A stretch of 64,000 nt of DNA from an uncultured Clostridium sp. (GCA_930990645.1 CAKNQJ010000001.1:104153-168152), one strand, 5' to 3'. Positions 28,017 through 38,745 are shown, counted from the first letter of the stretch. Made by a program: numbers and translations. Notes: a model not told the origin generated them from the letters alone.

Positions 28017-30821
28017 ATGTGGCAGTCTTTTAATATTAATGAGGTTGCAAGAAGACTTAAGACAAACATAGGACAAGGATTATCGAAGAAAGAGGCAGAA
28101 GAAAGGCATAATAAGCATGGACCAAATAAGTTAGATGAGCAAAAGAAAGAAAGCATTTTAGTAAGATTTATAAAACAGTTTCAAGATTTTATGATAATAA
28201 TTCTTTTAATTGCAGCAATAATTTCAGCAGGTGTTTCTTTTGTACAAGGAGAGAATGATTACATAGATTCCATCATTATTGTAGCAATTGTAGTGTTAAA
28301 TGCAATTATGGGACTAGTTCAAGAGGCTAAGGCAGAAAAGTCTTTAGAGGCTCTTAAAGATATGTCAGCACCTGTTGCAAAGGTAAGAAGAGATGGCAGA
28401 ATATTTACAGTCAAAGGGACAGAGGTTGTACCAGGAGATGTTGTTTTGCTAGAAGCGGGAAATTTTGTTCCAGCAGATTGCAGGTTAATTAATAGCTATA
28501 ACCTAAAAATTGAGGAATCGAGCTTAACAGGTGAAACAGTTCCAGTAACGAAAGATGCGGAGGTATTGTTAGATGAGAAAACAGCTTTAGGAGATACTTT
28601 AAATATGGCTTTTGCTAATACGATTGTAGTAAATGGACATGCAGAAGCAATTGTTACAGATATAGGAATGAATACAAAAGTAGGAAAAATAGCAAAAATG
28701 ATTATTACAAATGAGTCGCCAGAGACACCGATACAGAAGAAGCTTGGAGAGGTTGGAAAGACATTGGGAATGGGTTGCTTAATAATTTGTGCTATCATAT
28801 TTGTAATAGGAGTATTAAAAAAGATAGAGCCAATAGAAATGTTCATGACATCAGTAGGACTAGCAGTAGCTGCTATTCCAGAAGGATTACCAGCAATAGT
28901 AACAATAATGCTTTCAATAGGTGTTACTAGAATGGCAAGAAAGAATACTATAATAAGAAAACTGCCAGCAGTAGAAACATTAGGAAGCAGTAGTGTGATT
29001 TGTTCGGACAAGACAGGAACATTAACACAAAATAAAATGCAAGTAACAAAAGTGATGGATGTAAAAGGAGAATGCCTTAATTTTCAGAGAGACTTCATAT
29101 TAGAACTTGGAACAATGTGTACAGATGTTGAAGAAGATGTTGGAGAAGCGACAGAACTTGCGATTGTAAATGCGGCAAAAGAACAAGGAAAGTTTAAAGA
29201 ACGACTGTATCAAAAGTTCAATAGGATTAATGACATACCATTTGACTCAGAAAGAAAAATGATGAGTACAATACATAGGGGAGAGAATGAAAATACGATA
29301 AATTCATATACTAATGAAAGAGTAGGAAATATAGATGGGCATATGTTTGTAAATACAAAAGAAGGTAAACAGTTATTAGCAGAAAATAATTATAGTGCAC
29401 GAAATTTTAATAATACAGAAGATAGTAGTTCAATAGGTCAGATTTTTAAGGATAGTCAATACATAACAATAACCAAAGGTGCACCAGATGTACTTCTAAA
29501 ACATTGTACGAAATATTTCTTGAATGGAGAAATACATTCTCTAGATAGGTCAGTAATGGAAAAAATAGAAAAAATAAATAGTAAAATGGCAGATGATGCT
29601 TTAAGAGTAATTGCAGTAGCATATGCCCAGATGCCAAGGCTTCCAACTAATATAGATAGTGAAACAATCGAAAATAACCTTACATTTGTAGGATTGATAG
29701 GAATGATAGACCCACCACGTGAAGGTGTGGAAAGTGCTGTTGCGACATGCAGAAAAGCTGGAATAAAAACAGTAATGATAACAGGAGACCATATTGCAAC
29801 AGCTAAGGCAATAGCAAAAGATTTGGGAATACTGAAGAAAAATGATTTGGCGATAACAGGTAAAGAACTTGATGAAATACCGCAAAAAGAATTAGAAAAG
29901 AATATCTCGAAATATTCTGTTTTTGCAAGAGTTTCACCTGAACACAAAGTAAGAATAGTTGAAGCATTTCAAAAAAATGGTGCAGTAGTTGCGATGACAG
30001 GAGATGGTGTAAATGACGCACCTGCACTAAAAAAAGCTGATATAGGAATTGCAATGGGGAAAAATGGTACAGATGTTGCAAAAAATGCTTCTGATATGAT
30101 TTTAACAGATGATAATTTTGTTACAATTGTTGAGGCTGTAAAACAAGGAAGAAATATTTTCGAAAACATAAAAAAAGCAGTTCACTTTTTAATTGCTACG
30201 AATATTGGAGAAATTGTAACTATATTTGTAGGACTACTTTTAGGAATGAAAGCACCACTTTTGGCGATACAACTTTTGTGGGTTAATTTAGTTACAGACT
30301 CTCTACCAGCAATAGCGATTGGGTTAGAGCCACCTGATAAGGACATCATGAGTAGAAAACCTCGTGACGCTAAGAAAAGTATTTTTGCAGATGGATTATG
30401 GGGCAAAATATTTGTAGAGGGAACAATGCTTGGAATGCTCACACTACTTATATTTAGCATAGGAAACAATCTCTATGGCTTAGAAGTAGGAAGAAGTATG
30501 GCATTTGTAGCATTAGGAATGCTTGAATTAGTACATAGTTTTAATGCCAAAAGTGATGAATCGATATTTAAAGTTGGACTATTTGAAAATAAATACTTAA
30601 TAGGAGCATTTGTACTAGGCACACTATTACAAGTAGTTGTTGTAATGGTACCAGTATTTGCAAATGTATTTAAGCTAGTACCACTAAATGGTACGCAATG
30701 GTTATATACAATCGGAATTTCAATACTTCCAATTGTTATTATAGAGGCACAAAAGAAATTAAATGAGATAAAATTCGGAAAAAGGGTAAGTTTTTCCATT
30801 TGTCAATATACGAAAAAGTGA
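28017..30821 (+). CDS. Calcium-translocating P-type ATPase (PMCA/SERCA-like, YloB-type)
   Basis: DKTGTLT phosphorylation site, TGDGVNDAPALKKADIGIAMG hinge, 10 TM segments. A ~55-aa insertion lies in the N domain (29270-29440). Confidence 0.9.
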   Translation: MWQSFNINEVARRLKTNIGQGLSKKEAEERHNKHGPNKLDEQKKESILVRFIKQFQDFMIIILLIAAIISAGVSFVQGENDYIDSIIIVAIVVLNAIMGLVQEAKAEKSLEALKDMSAPVAKVRRDGRIFTVKGTEVVPGDVVLLEAGNFVPADCRLINSYNLKIEESSLTGETVPVTKDAEVLLDEKTALGDTLNMAFANTIVVNGHAEAIVTDIGMNTKVGKIAKMIITNESPETPIQKKLGEVGKTLGMGCLIICAIIFVIGVLKKIEPIEMFMTSVGLAVAAIPEGLPAIVTIMLSIGVTRMARKNTIIRKLPAVETLGSSSVICSDKTGTLTQNKMQVTKVMDVKGECLNFQRDFILELGTMCTDVEEDVGEATELAIVNAAKEQGKFKERLYQKFNRINDIPFDSERKMMSTIHRGENENTINSYTNERVGNIDGHMFVNTKEGKQLLAENNYSARNFNNTEDSSSIGQIFKDSQYITITKGAPDVLLKHCTKYFLNGEIHSLDRSVMEKIEKINSKMADDALRVIAVAYAQMPRLPTNIDSETIENNLTFVGLIGMIDPPREGVESAVATCRKAGIKTVMITGDHIATAKAIAKDLGILKKNDLAITGKELDEIPQKELEKNISKYSVFARVSPEHKVRIVEAFQKNGAVVAMTGDGVNDAPALKKADIGIAMGKNGTDVAKNASDMILTDDNFVTIVEAVKQGRNIFENIKKAVHFLIATNIGEIVTIFVGLLLGMKAPLLAIQLLWVNLVTDSLPAIAIGLEPPDKDIMSRKPRDAKKSIFADGLWGKIFVEGTMLGMLTLLIFSIGNNLYGLEVGRSMAFVALGMLELVHSFNAKSDESIFKVGLFENKYLIGAFVLGTLLQVVVVMVPVFANVFKLVPLNGTQWLYTIGISILPIVIIEAQKKLNEIKFGKRVSFSICQYTKK

Positions 30822-31079
30822 GAAAAACGGAGAAAAAGCAAGAAAAAACGAGCAATGTATACAATAATTTGATTTGTAAAATGCACGGAATGTCTTAAAA
30901 ATGACAAATTTGAAAAAAAATAGAATATATAATTTGAAATTGAATAGAATATATAGTATAATTAACTTTGTGTCACGTCAAAAAAAGGAGTGTGAAATTA
31001 TATTTTAAACAGGAAAATTAAATACTACACAAAAGAAATTTTTAGGCTTATAAATATAGTAGCAATTGCACTGTTTATA

Positions 31080-31988
31080 ATGATGATAATAATATTTTTC
31101 AAATTCAATATGCTTTGTGAAGTTACAATAGCAGGAGAAACTGTAGGTTATGTAGCAAACAAGGATGAGTTTGAAAGCAAAGTAAATGAAATATTAAATA
31201 AAGAAGAAGAATCAAAATTATATACAACTATTGAAGATATGCCTGAATATCACTTAAAACTTGTTGATAAATCAGAGCAAACAAATGAAGATGTTATATT
31301 AGGACAATTAGAGGCAAAGGCTGAAACTACCTATAAATTATATGCCGTGACAATAGATGGTGAAGAAAAAGCCATTATAGCAAGCTTAGATGAAGCTGAA
31401 AAAATAGTTGATGAAATGACAGAAAAATATGAAGACGAAATAGAATTAGATATAGGTATCACAGAAAAAATTACGACAGACAAGACAATACAAAACTCAG
31501 TAAAACTAGCAAAATCAAGAGTAAACTCTTCTATAGAAAATGCAGTAGAAGAAAAAGAAGCTGAAGAGGCAGAGCAAAGAGAGATTGAATCTCATACTGT
31601 ACAAGGAGTTTACTTAGAGGCAACTCCAGTATCTGGAATAATTACATCCAGATTTGGAAATAGAGAAAGTATAAGAACAAGTGGACATACAGGACTAGAT
31701 ATTGCAGCACCTGCTGGAACACCAATCAAAGCCGCAGCAAGCGGTACAGTTACATTTGCAGGTTACAGTGGAGGATATGGATATGTTGTAAAGCTAGATA
31801 ACGGAAATGGAGTACAAACATATTATGGACACTGTAGCAGATTGTATGTATCTACAGGTGAAAAGGTTGAGGCAGGAGAAGTAATTGCAGCAGTTGGTTC
31901 GACAGGTAACTCAACAGGTAACCATTTACATTTTGAGGTAAGAGTTAATGGAAGTGTGGTAAACCCACAAAACTATTTGTATAATTAG
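31080..31988 (+). CDS. M23 family metallopeptidase (LytM-like)
   Basis: HTGLD and GNHLHFE zinc motifs. Confidence 0.85.
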   Translation: MMIIIFFKFNMLCEVTIAGETVGYVANKDEFESKVNEILNKEEESKLYTTIEDMPEYHLKLVDKSEQTNEDVILGQLEAKAETTYKLYAVTIDGEEKAIIASLDEAEKIVDEMTEKYEDEIELDIGITEKITTDKTIQNSVKLAKSRVNSSIENAVEEKEAEEAEQREIESHTVQGVYLEATPVSGIITSRFGNRESIRTSGHTGLDIAAPAGTPIKAAASGTVTFAGYSGGYGYVVKLDNGNGVQTYYGHCSRLYVSTGEKVEAGEVIAAVGSTGNSTGNHLHFEVRVNGSVVNPQNYLYN

Positions 31989-31994
31989 AAAAAT

Positions 31995-32026
31995 GCAGAA
32001 GGCTATAAGGCTTTCTGCTAATTTTC
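31995..32026 (+). terminator. Intrinsic terminator GCAGAAGGC-tataag-GCTTTCTGC plus a T-rich tail
   Basis: 9-bp stem (one G-U pair) followed by TAATTTTCTG. Confidence 0.5.
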
Positions 32027-32189
32027 TGCTTCAACTATTCGTTCAAATTTGCAAAATATAATTGACTTTACAAGGTAGAAGTTATAAAATAGAAACTGTA
32101 AAAATAATGAATATTAGAGCGAAACCAGTTCTAATAACAAATAAAGCAAATATATTATATAAAAATATACAATTATTGGAGGAAACAAT

Positions 32190-33230
32190 ATGATAATTTT
32201 ACTAGATGCAATGGGTGGAGATAATGCACCAGATGCCAATATAAAAGGTGCAGTGGCTGCAATAAGTCAAATACAGGCAAAAGTAGTTTTGATAGGTAAA
32301 GAGGAAGTAATAAAAAGCCGTATTAAAGAATTATATGGAAAAGACGATATAAATGATATCTCTCCTAGATTAAGCATAAAAAACGCAACAGAGACAATAG
32401 AAATGGAGGATATACCAACCCAAGCGATAAAGCACAAAAAGGATTCTTCAATGGTTGTAGGATTTAACATGCTTAAATCTGGAGAAGGTGATGTGTTCAT
32501 TTCAGCAGGAAATTCAGGTGCACTTCTTACAGGAGCAACACTTTTGGTAGGAAGAATTAAAGGAATTGATAGACCAGCTTTGGCAGGAATACTCCCAGCA
32601 TACAAAAGCAGATTGCTATTAATGGATTGTGGCTCAAATACGAATTGCAAGCCAATTAATTTACTTCAATTTGCACAAATGTCAAGTATATATTTAAAAA
32701 ATACATTTGGAATGGAAGCACCAGCAGTAGGTTTGTTAAATATTGGAACTGAAGAAACCAAGGGAAATGAACTTACAAAAGAGTCATACCAACTATTAAA
32801 AGAAAATGCTGAAAAACTAGATATAAACTTTATTGGAAATGTTGAGGGAAGAGATGCCTTTTCTGGAAAAGTGGATGTAATTGTAACAGATGGATTTACA
32901 GGTAATGTATTCTTAAAATCTGTTGAAGGTTTGGGAAAATTCGTGAAAAAGAGCTTAACAGAAAGCTTAACACATAATTTACTAGCTAAAATCGCTGCAA
33001 TACCAAGTCTTCCAGCAATAAAGAAATTTTCTAAGACAGTAGATTACAAAGAATATGGTGGAGCTTTATTCCTAGGAGTAAAAAAACCAGTTGTAAAAGC
33101 ACATGGCAGTAGTGATGAAAAATTATTTGAATTTACAATTAAACAAGCAGAACAATTTGTAGAAAACAAGGCAGTTGACAAAATGATTGAGTCTTTTGAA
33201 GGACAAAAAATTGAAAAAGAAAACAATTAA
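32190..33230 (+). CDS. plsX: Phosphate acyltransferase PlsX
   Basis: LDAMGGDNAP N-terminus typical of PlsX; RBS GGAGGAAAC. Confidence 0.9.
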   Translation: MIILLDAMGGDNAPDANIKGAVAAISQIQAKVVLIGKEEVIKSRIKELYGKDDINDISPRLSIKNATETIEMEDIPTQAIKHKKDSSMVVGFNMLKSGEGDVFISAGNSGALLTGATLLVGRIKGIDRPALAGILPAYKSRLLLMDCGSNTNCKPINLLQFAQMSSIYLKNTFGMEAPAVGLLNIGTEETKGNELTKESYQLLKENAEKLDINFIGNVEGRDAFSGKVDVIVTDGFTGNVFLKSVEGLGKFVKKSLTESLTHNLLAKIAAIPSLPAIKKFSKTVDYKEYGGALFLGVKKPVVKAHGSSDEKLFEFTIKQAEQFVENKAVDKMIESFEGQKIEKENN

Positions 33231-33319
33231 GAAATTGACTACATAGTATAAAAAATAATAGGTTATTACTGTTTAGTATGATGTACTTTAAATAATTAAT
33301 AAACTTATTTTTATGCTAA

Positions 33320-33468
33320 GTAGTTCCACGTGGTAAATTTTTTTACAATACAGCCTCACGTGTCACATATATTTTTTACTCGAAAACATGGAGAGTACAA
33401 AATATATGTGACAGTAAGATGAGGCGGAATTTAGATGCTATATATATCTACCAGCAAGATGGAACGGA
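33320..33468. repeat. MITE-like palindromic element, copy B (inverse orientation, 149 bp with extra internal sequence)
   Basis: GTAGTTCCACGTGG...TGTCACATATATTTT...AAAATATATGTGACA...CCAGCAAGATGGAACGGA. Confidence 0.75.
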
Positions 33469-33648
33469 CTTTGCATATCTAGTCTTACACTGAATAGTAA
33501 CAAAAGATTTGTTACTATTCATAGCCTAAATTTAAAAGAATGATTTTACAATTTAAAGATTTTTTTAAAAATATATTGACAATTAATTTAATATGTATTA
33601 TTGTTAGATAAAGTAACTAACCAATGTTTAAGGAGGTGAACTTATACA

Positions 33649-33891
33649 ATGAGTTCAGAAGAAGTTTTCGAAAAAGTAAAAGGAATAATAGTTGAACAAC
33701 TAGGAGTAGCTGAAACAGCAGTTACAATGGAAGCATCTTTTATAGATGACTTAGGAGCTGATTCACTTGATATAGTTGAATTAATAATGGCCTTAGAAGA
33801 AGAATTCGATATAGAAATACCAGATGCTGATGCAGAAAAGGTTGTTTCTGTAGGAGATGTTGTAGATTATATAAAAGACCATTTAGCATAA
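33649..33891 (+). CDS. acpP: Acyl carrier protein
   Basis: DLGADSLD phosphopantetheine-attachment motif. Confidence 0.9.
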   Translation: MSSEEVFEKVKGIIVEQLGVAETAVTMEASFIDDLGADSLDIVELIMALEEEFDIEIPDADAEKVVSVGDVVDYIKDHLA

Positions 33892-33892
33892 G

Positions 33893-33938
33893 ACAAAAAA
33901 ACAAAGAAATCTTTTGATTACTTTGTTTTTTTGTGCAA
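33893..33938 (+). terminator. Hairpin ACAAAAAAACAAAG / CTTTGTTTTTTTGT (14-bp perfect stem) after acpP
   Basis: AT-rich stem with a U-run built in. Confidence 0.4.
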
Positions 33939-34081
33939 AAAATGCATATACAAATTGGGAATACAATTCCAAATTTGTATAAAGTATAGAGGAACTTTTA
34001 GTAAAAACTTTGACTTAAAAGCTTTCTTTTTAGTAAAAAAAGGTGTATAATGTAAAAGTATAAATGAAAAGGAGGAGTGTA

Positions 34082-34750
34082 ATGGATTTTGAAAAAATAG
34101 AAAAAAGTATAGGATATACCTTTAAAGAAAAAGGACTGCTAAAAAAAGCGTTAACACATACGTCATATGCATATGAGCACAATGTTGAGAGTAATGAAAA
34201 ATTAGAATTCTTAGGAGATAGTATATTAGAATTTATTTCGAGTAAATACATTTATAATAATTACAAAAAACTTAAAGAAGGTGAAATGACTAAAGTTAGA
34301 GCAGAGGTAGTGTGTGAAACTAGCTTGTACAAAGTAGCTAAAGCACATAATTTTAGTGATTTTATCTTAATAGGAAAAAGTGAAGCAAATAATAACGGAA
34401 ACCATAAGCCAGCAATTCTTGCCGACAGTATAGAAGCGACAATAGCTGCAATATACTTTGATGGAGGGTTAGATGAGGCAGAGAGATTTATAATTTCTAA
34501 TTTAAAGGATGCAATAGAAAATTCTACAAAGCATGTAGGAATGAAAGACTTTAAAACTGTATTACAGGAAAAATTGCAAGAAAACGGAGATGTTAATATA
34601 AAATACACAGTTATAAAAGAAACAGGACCTGACCATGACAAAACATTTACTGTTAAAGTTGAAGTGAATGGAAGAGAACTCGCAACAGGAGAAGGAAAAA
34701 CAAAAAAACATGCAGAGATGGATGCTGCAAGAAAGGCTCTGGAAAACTGA
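34082..34750 (+). CDS. rnc: Ribonuclease III
   Basis: RNase III signature ERLEFLGDS (here EKLEFLGDSILE) and a C-terminal dsRBD; RBS AAAGGAGGAG. Confidence 0.9.
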   Translation: MDFEKIEKSIGYTFKEKGLLKKALTHTSYAYEHNVESNEKLEFLGDSILEFISSKYIYNNYKKLKEGEMTKVRAEVVCETSLYKVAKAHNFSDFILIGKSEANNNGNHKPAILADSIEATIAAIYFDGGLDEAERFIISNLKDAIENSTKHVGMKDFKTVLQEKLQENGDVNIKYTVIKETGPDHDKTFTVKVEVNGRELATGEGKTKKHAEMDAARKALEN

Positions 34751-34756
34751 AACAAA

Positions 34757-35055
34757 AGGGACACACCTAAACATCCAAGAACTTGGACATTAGGGACACT
34801 CCTTTTTGTCAAAAAAATTTGACAAAAGGGACAGGTCTTATACTGACCATAGATGTATGCAGAACTGTATCATAAATGCATTTGAAACTTGTACTAATAG
34901 AGAGGCTACGTAATGGATTACAACATATGTCTTATACTAACAATAATTGTGTGGAGAATTTGTATAAGAGAAGTGTCCCGGAGTGTAAAAAAGTTTGACA
35001 AAAAAGAGTGTCCCGAAGTGTAAAAAAAGATTGACAAAAAAGAGTGTCCCAAAGC
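34757..35055. repeat. Two clusters of GGGACAC/GGGACAGGTC/GAGTGTCCC boxes (34757-34850 and 34960-35055)
   Basis: At least 7 boxes, several as TTTGACAAAA(A)GAGTGTCCC; fills the 326-bp rnc to radical-SAM spacer. Confidence 0.85.
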
Positions 35056-35076
35056 GTAAAGAGAGGAGGTAGGCTG

Positions 35077-36090
35077 ATGAAAAAAGAGTACATAATTCCA
35101 ATTTTTGTTCCACATTTAGGTTGTCCGAATAATTGTACATTTTGTAATCAAAAAAGGATTAGTGGGCAAACTAAAATGGTAACTGCAAAAGATGTACAAG
35201 ATACAATAGAATATTATCTAAAGAATTTTAAAGATGACCATAAATATGTTGAAGTTGCATTTTTTGGTGGTAGCTTTACTGCAATTGAAGCAGAAAAGCA
35301 AATAGAGTTGTTAGAAGCTGCTCAAAAATATATACAAGCAAAATTAGTCAATAGCATTAGAGTTTCTACCAGACCAGATTGTATAGATAAAGAAGTTCTT
35401 AAGAGAATGAAAAAATATCATGTAAAAACAATCGAGCTTGGAGTACAGTCTACAAATAATTATATTCTAGAAAGATGCAAGAGAGGGCATACAGGAGAAG
35501 ATGTAAAAAAAGCCTCAAAATTAATTCGTATGCATGGATTTATATTAGGCCACCAAATGATGGTAGGACTACCAGAAAGTACAAAACAAGATGAAATAAA
35601 CACGGCAAAGGAACTGATAAAACTAAAACCTAAAATAGTAAGAATTTATCCAGTACTTGTAATAAAAGACACGGAGCTTGAAGATGAGTATGAAAATGGA
35701 ACATATACACCTCTTACAGTAGGTCAAGCTGTGGAAAGATGCAAAGATATTGTTGATTTGTTTAATAGAAGTAAGATAAATGTAATAAGAATAGGACTCC
35801 AAAATACAGAAGAGATTTCAGATCCTAATTCAGAAAAAAGCAGCGTAGTGGCAGGACCATATCATCCAGCATTTAGGCAACTTGTTGAATCTAGCATGTG
35901 GTACGATAGTATAGTAAATAAGATAAAAAAAGTTAATGCAAAAGTTAAAAAAGTAAAGATCATAGCAAATGATATAAATATAAACAATATTATAGGACAC
36001 AAAAAAGAGAATATAACAAAGCTTAGAGATGTATATGATGTTGATGTGGTAATCGAAAAAAGCGATAAAATAAAACCACGGAAAATTTGA
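35077..36090 (+). CDS. Radical SAM protein (ELP3/TIGR01212-like)
   Basis: CPNNCTFC radical SAM cysteine motif; RBS GAGAGGAGG. Confidence 0.8.
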   Translation: MKKEYIIPIFVPHLGCPNNCTFCNQKRISGQTKMVTAKDVQDTIEYYLKNFKDDHKYVEVAFFGGSFTAIEAEKQIELLEAAQKYIQAKLVNSIRVSTRPDCIDKEVLKRMKKYHVKTIELGVQSTNNYILERCKRGHTGEDVKKASKLIRMHGFILGHQMMVGLPESTKQDEINTAKELIKLKPKIVRIYPVLVIKDTELEDEYENGTYTPLTVGQAVERCKDIVDLFNRSKINVIRIGLQNTEEISDPNSEKSSVVAGPYHPAFRQLVESSMWYDSIVNKIKKVNAKVKKVKIIANDININNIIGHKKENITKLRDVYDVDVVIEKSDKIKPRKI

Positions 36091-36127
36091 AATAGAGATT
36101 TTGGAATCATATGAATAATGGTATAAA

Positions 36128-36171
36128 ATCACCTACTATTGGAAATAATACCAATAGTAGGTGATTTTTTT
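36128..36171 (+). terminator. Intrinsic terminator ATCACCTACTATTGG / CCAATAGTAGGTGAT plus T7
   Basis: 15-bp perfect inverted repeat followed by TTTTTTT. Confidence 0.6.
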
Positions 36172-37032
36172 ATGAGAAAATTAACTCGAAAGCAGATATT
36201 GGTAAGGAAATATTTTAAAGAATTTATAGAGATAATAATAGGCTCGTTGCTAATGGCAGCAGGAACATCGCTATTTTTGCTACCAAATCAATTGTCATCA
36301 GGTGGATTTGCAGGTATAGCGACAATTATTTATTATCTTTTTGGATTGCCTCTTGGAACTACAATGCTTATTTTAAATATACCGCTATTTATTTTAACTA
36401 TTATTAGAGTAGGAAGAGAAACTGCAATAAAAGGATTGATAGGAACAATAGCACTATCAGTATTTATAGATATTTTAGAAAACTTTGATCCATTAACAGA
36501 GGATAGATTTCTTGCATGCATATATGGTGGAATATTGGTAGGACTAGGAACTGCAATTGTACTAAAAGCAAATGCATCAACAGGGGGAACAGATTTATTA
36601 ACCTACATTGTGCGCTCATATAAACCAACATACAGAGCAAGTAACCTTATTGTAATAGTAGACACAGCGATAGTATTATTAAACGTATTATTTTTCAAAG
36701 AAGTTGAAATCGGCTTATATTCAGCAATAGCGATTTATTTAAGTGGAAAAATGATAGATATTGTATTCGAAGGTATATATTTTACAAAAACAATGTTTAT
36801 AGTTTCGAATAAATATAAGGAGATTGCTCAAGAAATAGGAGAGAAGTTGGACAGGGGAAGTACGGCAATTTATGCAAAAGGAATGTATACAAGAGAAAAG
36901 AAAATGATGCTTTGGTGTGTTGCATCGAGGGGAGAAGTGGCTAAAATAAAACAAATAGCGGAAGAAATAGATCCAAAGGCATTTATAGTAATCTCAAGTG
37001 CAAGAGAGGCTTGGGGAAAAGGGTTTAAGTAG
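36172..37032 (+). CDS. YitT family membrane protein (DUF161/DUF2179)
   Basis: Multi-TM N-terminal region and a C-terminal DUF2179-like domain. Confidence 0.75.
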   Translation: MRKLTRKQILVRKYFKEFIEIIIGSLLMAAGTSLFLLPNQLSSGGFAGIATIIYYLFGLPLGTTMLILNIPLFILTIIRVGRETAIKGLIGTIALSVFIDILENFDPLTEDRFLACIYGGILVGLGTAIVLKANASTGGTDLLTYIVRSYKPTYRASNLIVIVDTAIVLLNVLFFKEVEIGLYSAIAIYLSGKMIDIVFEGIYFTKTMFIVSNKYKEIAQEIGEKLDRGSTAIYAKGMYTREKKMMLWCVASRGEVAKIKQIAEEIDPKAFIVISSAREAWGKGFK

Positions 37033-37207
37033 AAAAACAACCAAATTTTACCAAAAAGCTTGACATTTACGAACTTAGATGTTATATAAAATATATAGCA
37101 TCTAGGTCTTTTTTTCAATTAATTTTTATTCTAAAGACATTTTTTCTAAATTAAACTTCCAAAATGTTTAAAGAATTAAATAATTATGATATAATGGAGG
37201 TGATAAT

Positions 37208-37474
37208 TTGCCGCTTATTTCACAGTTTTATGGTATACTCATATATATTTATAAAGAAATTGGAGGACATCATAATGAGCCTCATATACATATAAAGTAT
37301 AATGAATTTGAAATGTCTTTGTCCTTATCTGGCAAAGTTTTAGATGGATATATTCCTAATAAGCAAAAGAAACTAGTAGATGCATGGATAGCAATTCATG
37401 AGGAAGAATTAAAAGCAGCATGGTATTCTTATAATGAAGATGGAGAAATTATAAAAATAAAAGGATTGGAGTGA
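37208..37474 (+). CDS. DUF4160 domain protein
   Basis: TTG start with RBS GGAGGTG; GGHHNEPHIH motif. Confidence 0.6.
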   Translation: MPLISQFYGILIYIYKEIGGHHNEPHIHIKYNEFEMSLSLSGKVLDGYIPNKQKKLVDAWIAIHEEELKAAWYSYNEDGEIIKIKGLE

Positions 37475-37479
37475 TTTAG

Positions 37480-37716
37480 ATGAGACCTAGAGCTATAGAT
37501 GTAAAACCATTACAAGATTATAAATTACTAATAACTTTTAGTAATAATGAAAAGAAAATTTTTGATGTGACTCCATATTTAAAATATAAACAATTTGAAG
37601 AATTAAAAAATCCAACTATATTTAAGACTGTTAAGATAGCTGGGCTTTCTATAGAATGGATTAATGGAGCAGATATTTGTCCAGATGAATTGTATAATAA
37701 TAGTGAGAAAATATAG
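37480..37716 (+). CDS. DUF2442 domain protein
   Basis: 78 aa; paired with the DUF4160 gene 5 bp upstream. Confidence 0.6.
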   Translation: MRPRAIDVKPLQDYKLLITFSNNEKKIFDVTPYLKYKQFEELKNPTIFKTVKIAGLSIEWINGADICPDELYNNSEKI

Positions 37717-37733
37717 GTACGGAGGAAATAGAA

Positions 37734-38603
37734 ATGCAAGAACAAAAATACATACTAGAAAATGCTACATCATTTGAGCCAAAGCACATATTTGAGTGTG
37801 GACAATGTTTTAGATGGGACGAAGAGCAAGATGGAAGCTATACAGGAATAGTAAAAAGCAATGTGATAAATGTGAAAAAAGTGGATAACTCCATTGCTTT
37901 TGAGAGTCTAGGTGCAGATAATTTAGAAGAATTAGTTATAGACTATTTCGACTTAAATAGAGATTATGAGAAAATAAAAGATGAGCTTTCTAAAATAGAT
38001 GAATACTTAGCAAATAGCATAAAGTATGGAAGCGGAATTAGAATATTAAATCAAGATTTATGGGAGACAATTATCTCATTTATAATTTCAGCAAATAATA
38101 ATATACCTAGAATAAAGGGAATAATAAATAGAATATCGCAAAAGTATGGAACTGAAATTGAATGGAAAGGAAAAAAGTACTACACTTTTCCTACAGTAGA
38201 AAATTTAGCTAAAGCCACAGTAGAAGATTTAAGAAGTTTAGGATTAGGCTTTAGAGATATACGTGTATATAATACAACTCATAAAATACTAGAAAAACAA
38301 GTGGATTTAGAAAAGCTTCATCAAGAGGTGGATACACAAAAGGTAAGAGACACATTGCTTACTTTAGATGGAGTTGGACCAAAAGTTGCAGATTGCATAC
38401 TACTTTTCTCTACTTTAAAAAGATTTGATGTTTTCCCTATAGATGTATGGGTAAGACGAGTAATGAATGAATTATACATAAAAAATGAAGATGAAACAAA
38501 AGTAAATAAAAAAGATATAGAAAAGTTAGCAAAAGAAAAGTACGGCAATTTAGAGGGAATAGCACAGCAATACTTATTTTATTGGAAGAGGGATACGGCA
38601 TAG
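37734..38603 (+). CDS. 8-oxoguanine DNA glycosylase/AP lyase (HhH-GPD family, Ogg-like)
   Basis: HhH-GPD motif LTLDGVGPKVADCILLFS. Confidence 0.75.
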   Translation: MQEQKYILENATSFEPKHIFECGQCFRWDEEQDGSYTGIVKSNVINVKKVDNSIAFESLGADNLEELVIDYFDLNRDYEKIKDELSKIDEYLANSIKYGSGIRILNQDLWETIISFIISANNNIPRIKGIINRISQKYGTEIEWKGKKYYTFPTVENLAKATVEDLRSLGLGFRDIRVYNTTHKILEKQVDLEKLHQEVDTQKVRDTLLTLDGVGPKVADCILLFSTLKRFDVFPIDVWVRRVMNELYIKNEDETKVNKKDIEKLAKEKYGNLEGIAQQYLFYWKRDTA

Positions 38604-38609
38604 TGAGAA

Positions 38610-38745
38610 TTTGAGGTCTGTCCCCGAAACGAAAAATTTTTCAGTCTGGGGACAGGTCTGAAAACGAAAAAAATTGCGTCCGGAGACCTGTCCCCAAAAC
38701 GAAAATTTTTTCGCTGGGAGACCTGTCCCTAAAACGAAAAAGGAG
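38610..38745. repeat. Four tandem ~35-bp units, each a GACCTGTCCCC or GGGGACAGGTC box followed by AAAACGAAAA(A)TTTTT
   Basis: Read directly. The last unit runs into the RBS of addB. Confidence 0.85.

Noticed and set aside
32107-32193. 28-codon uORF overlapping the plsX start (ATGA overlap)
   Set aside because: No RBS. Not the rpmF gene found upstream of plsX in Bacillus. Probably a chance ORF.
35830-36132. 100-aa and 82-aa minus-strand ORFs overlapping the radical SAM gene 3-prime end
   Set aside because: Antisense to a conserved gene. Ile/Phe/Tyr-rich, typical AT-rich artefact.
38610-38745. Tandem ~35-bp repeats upstream of addB that look CRISPR-like
   Set aside because: The units alternate in orientation and the intervening segments are near-identical (AAAACGAAAA..TTTTT), not unique spacers. 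There are no cas genes. They belong to the GGGACA box family.
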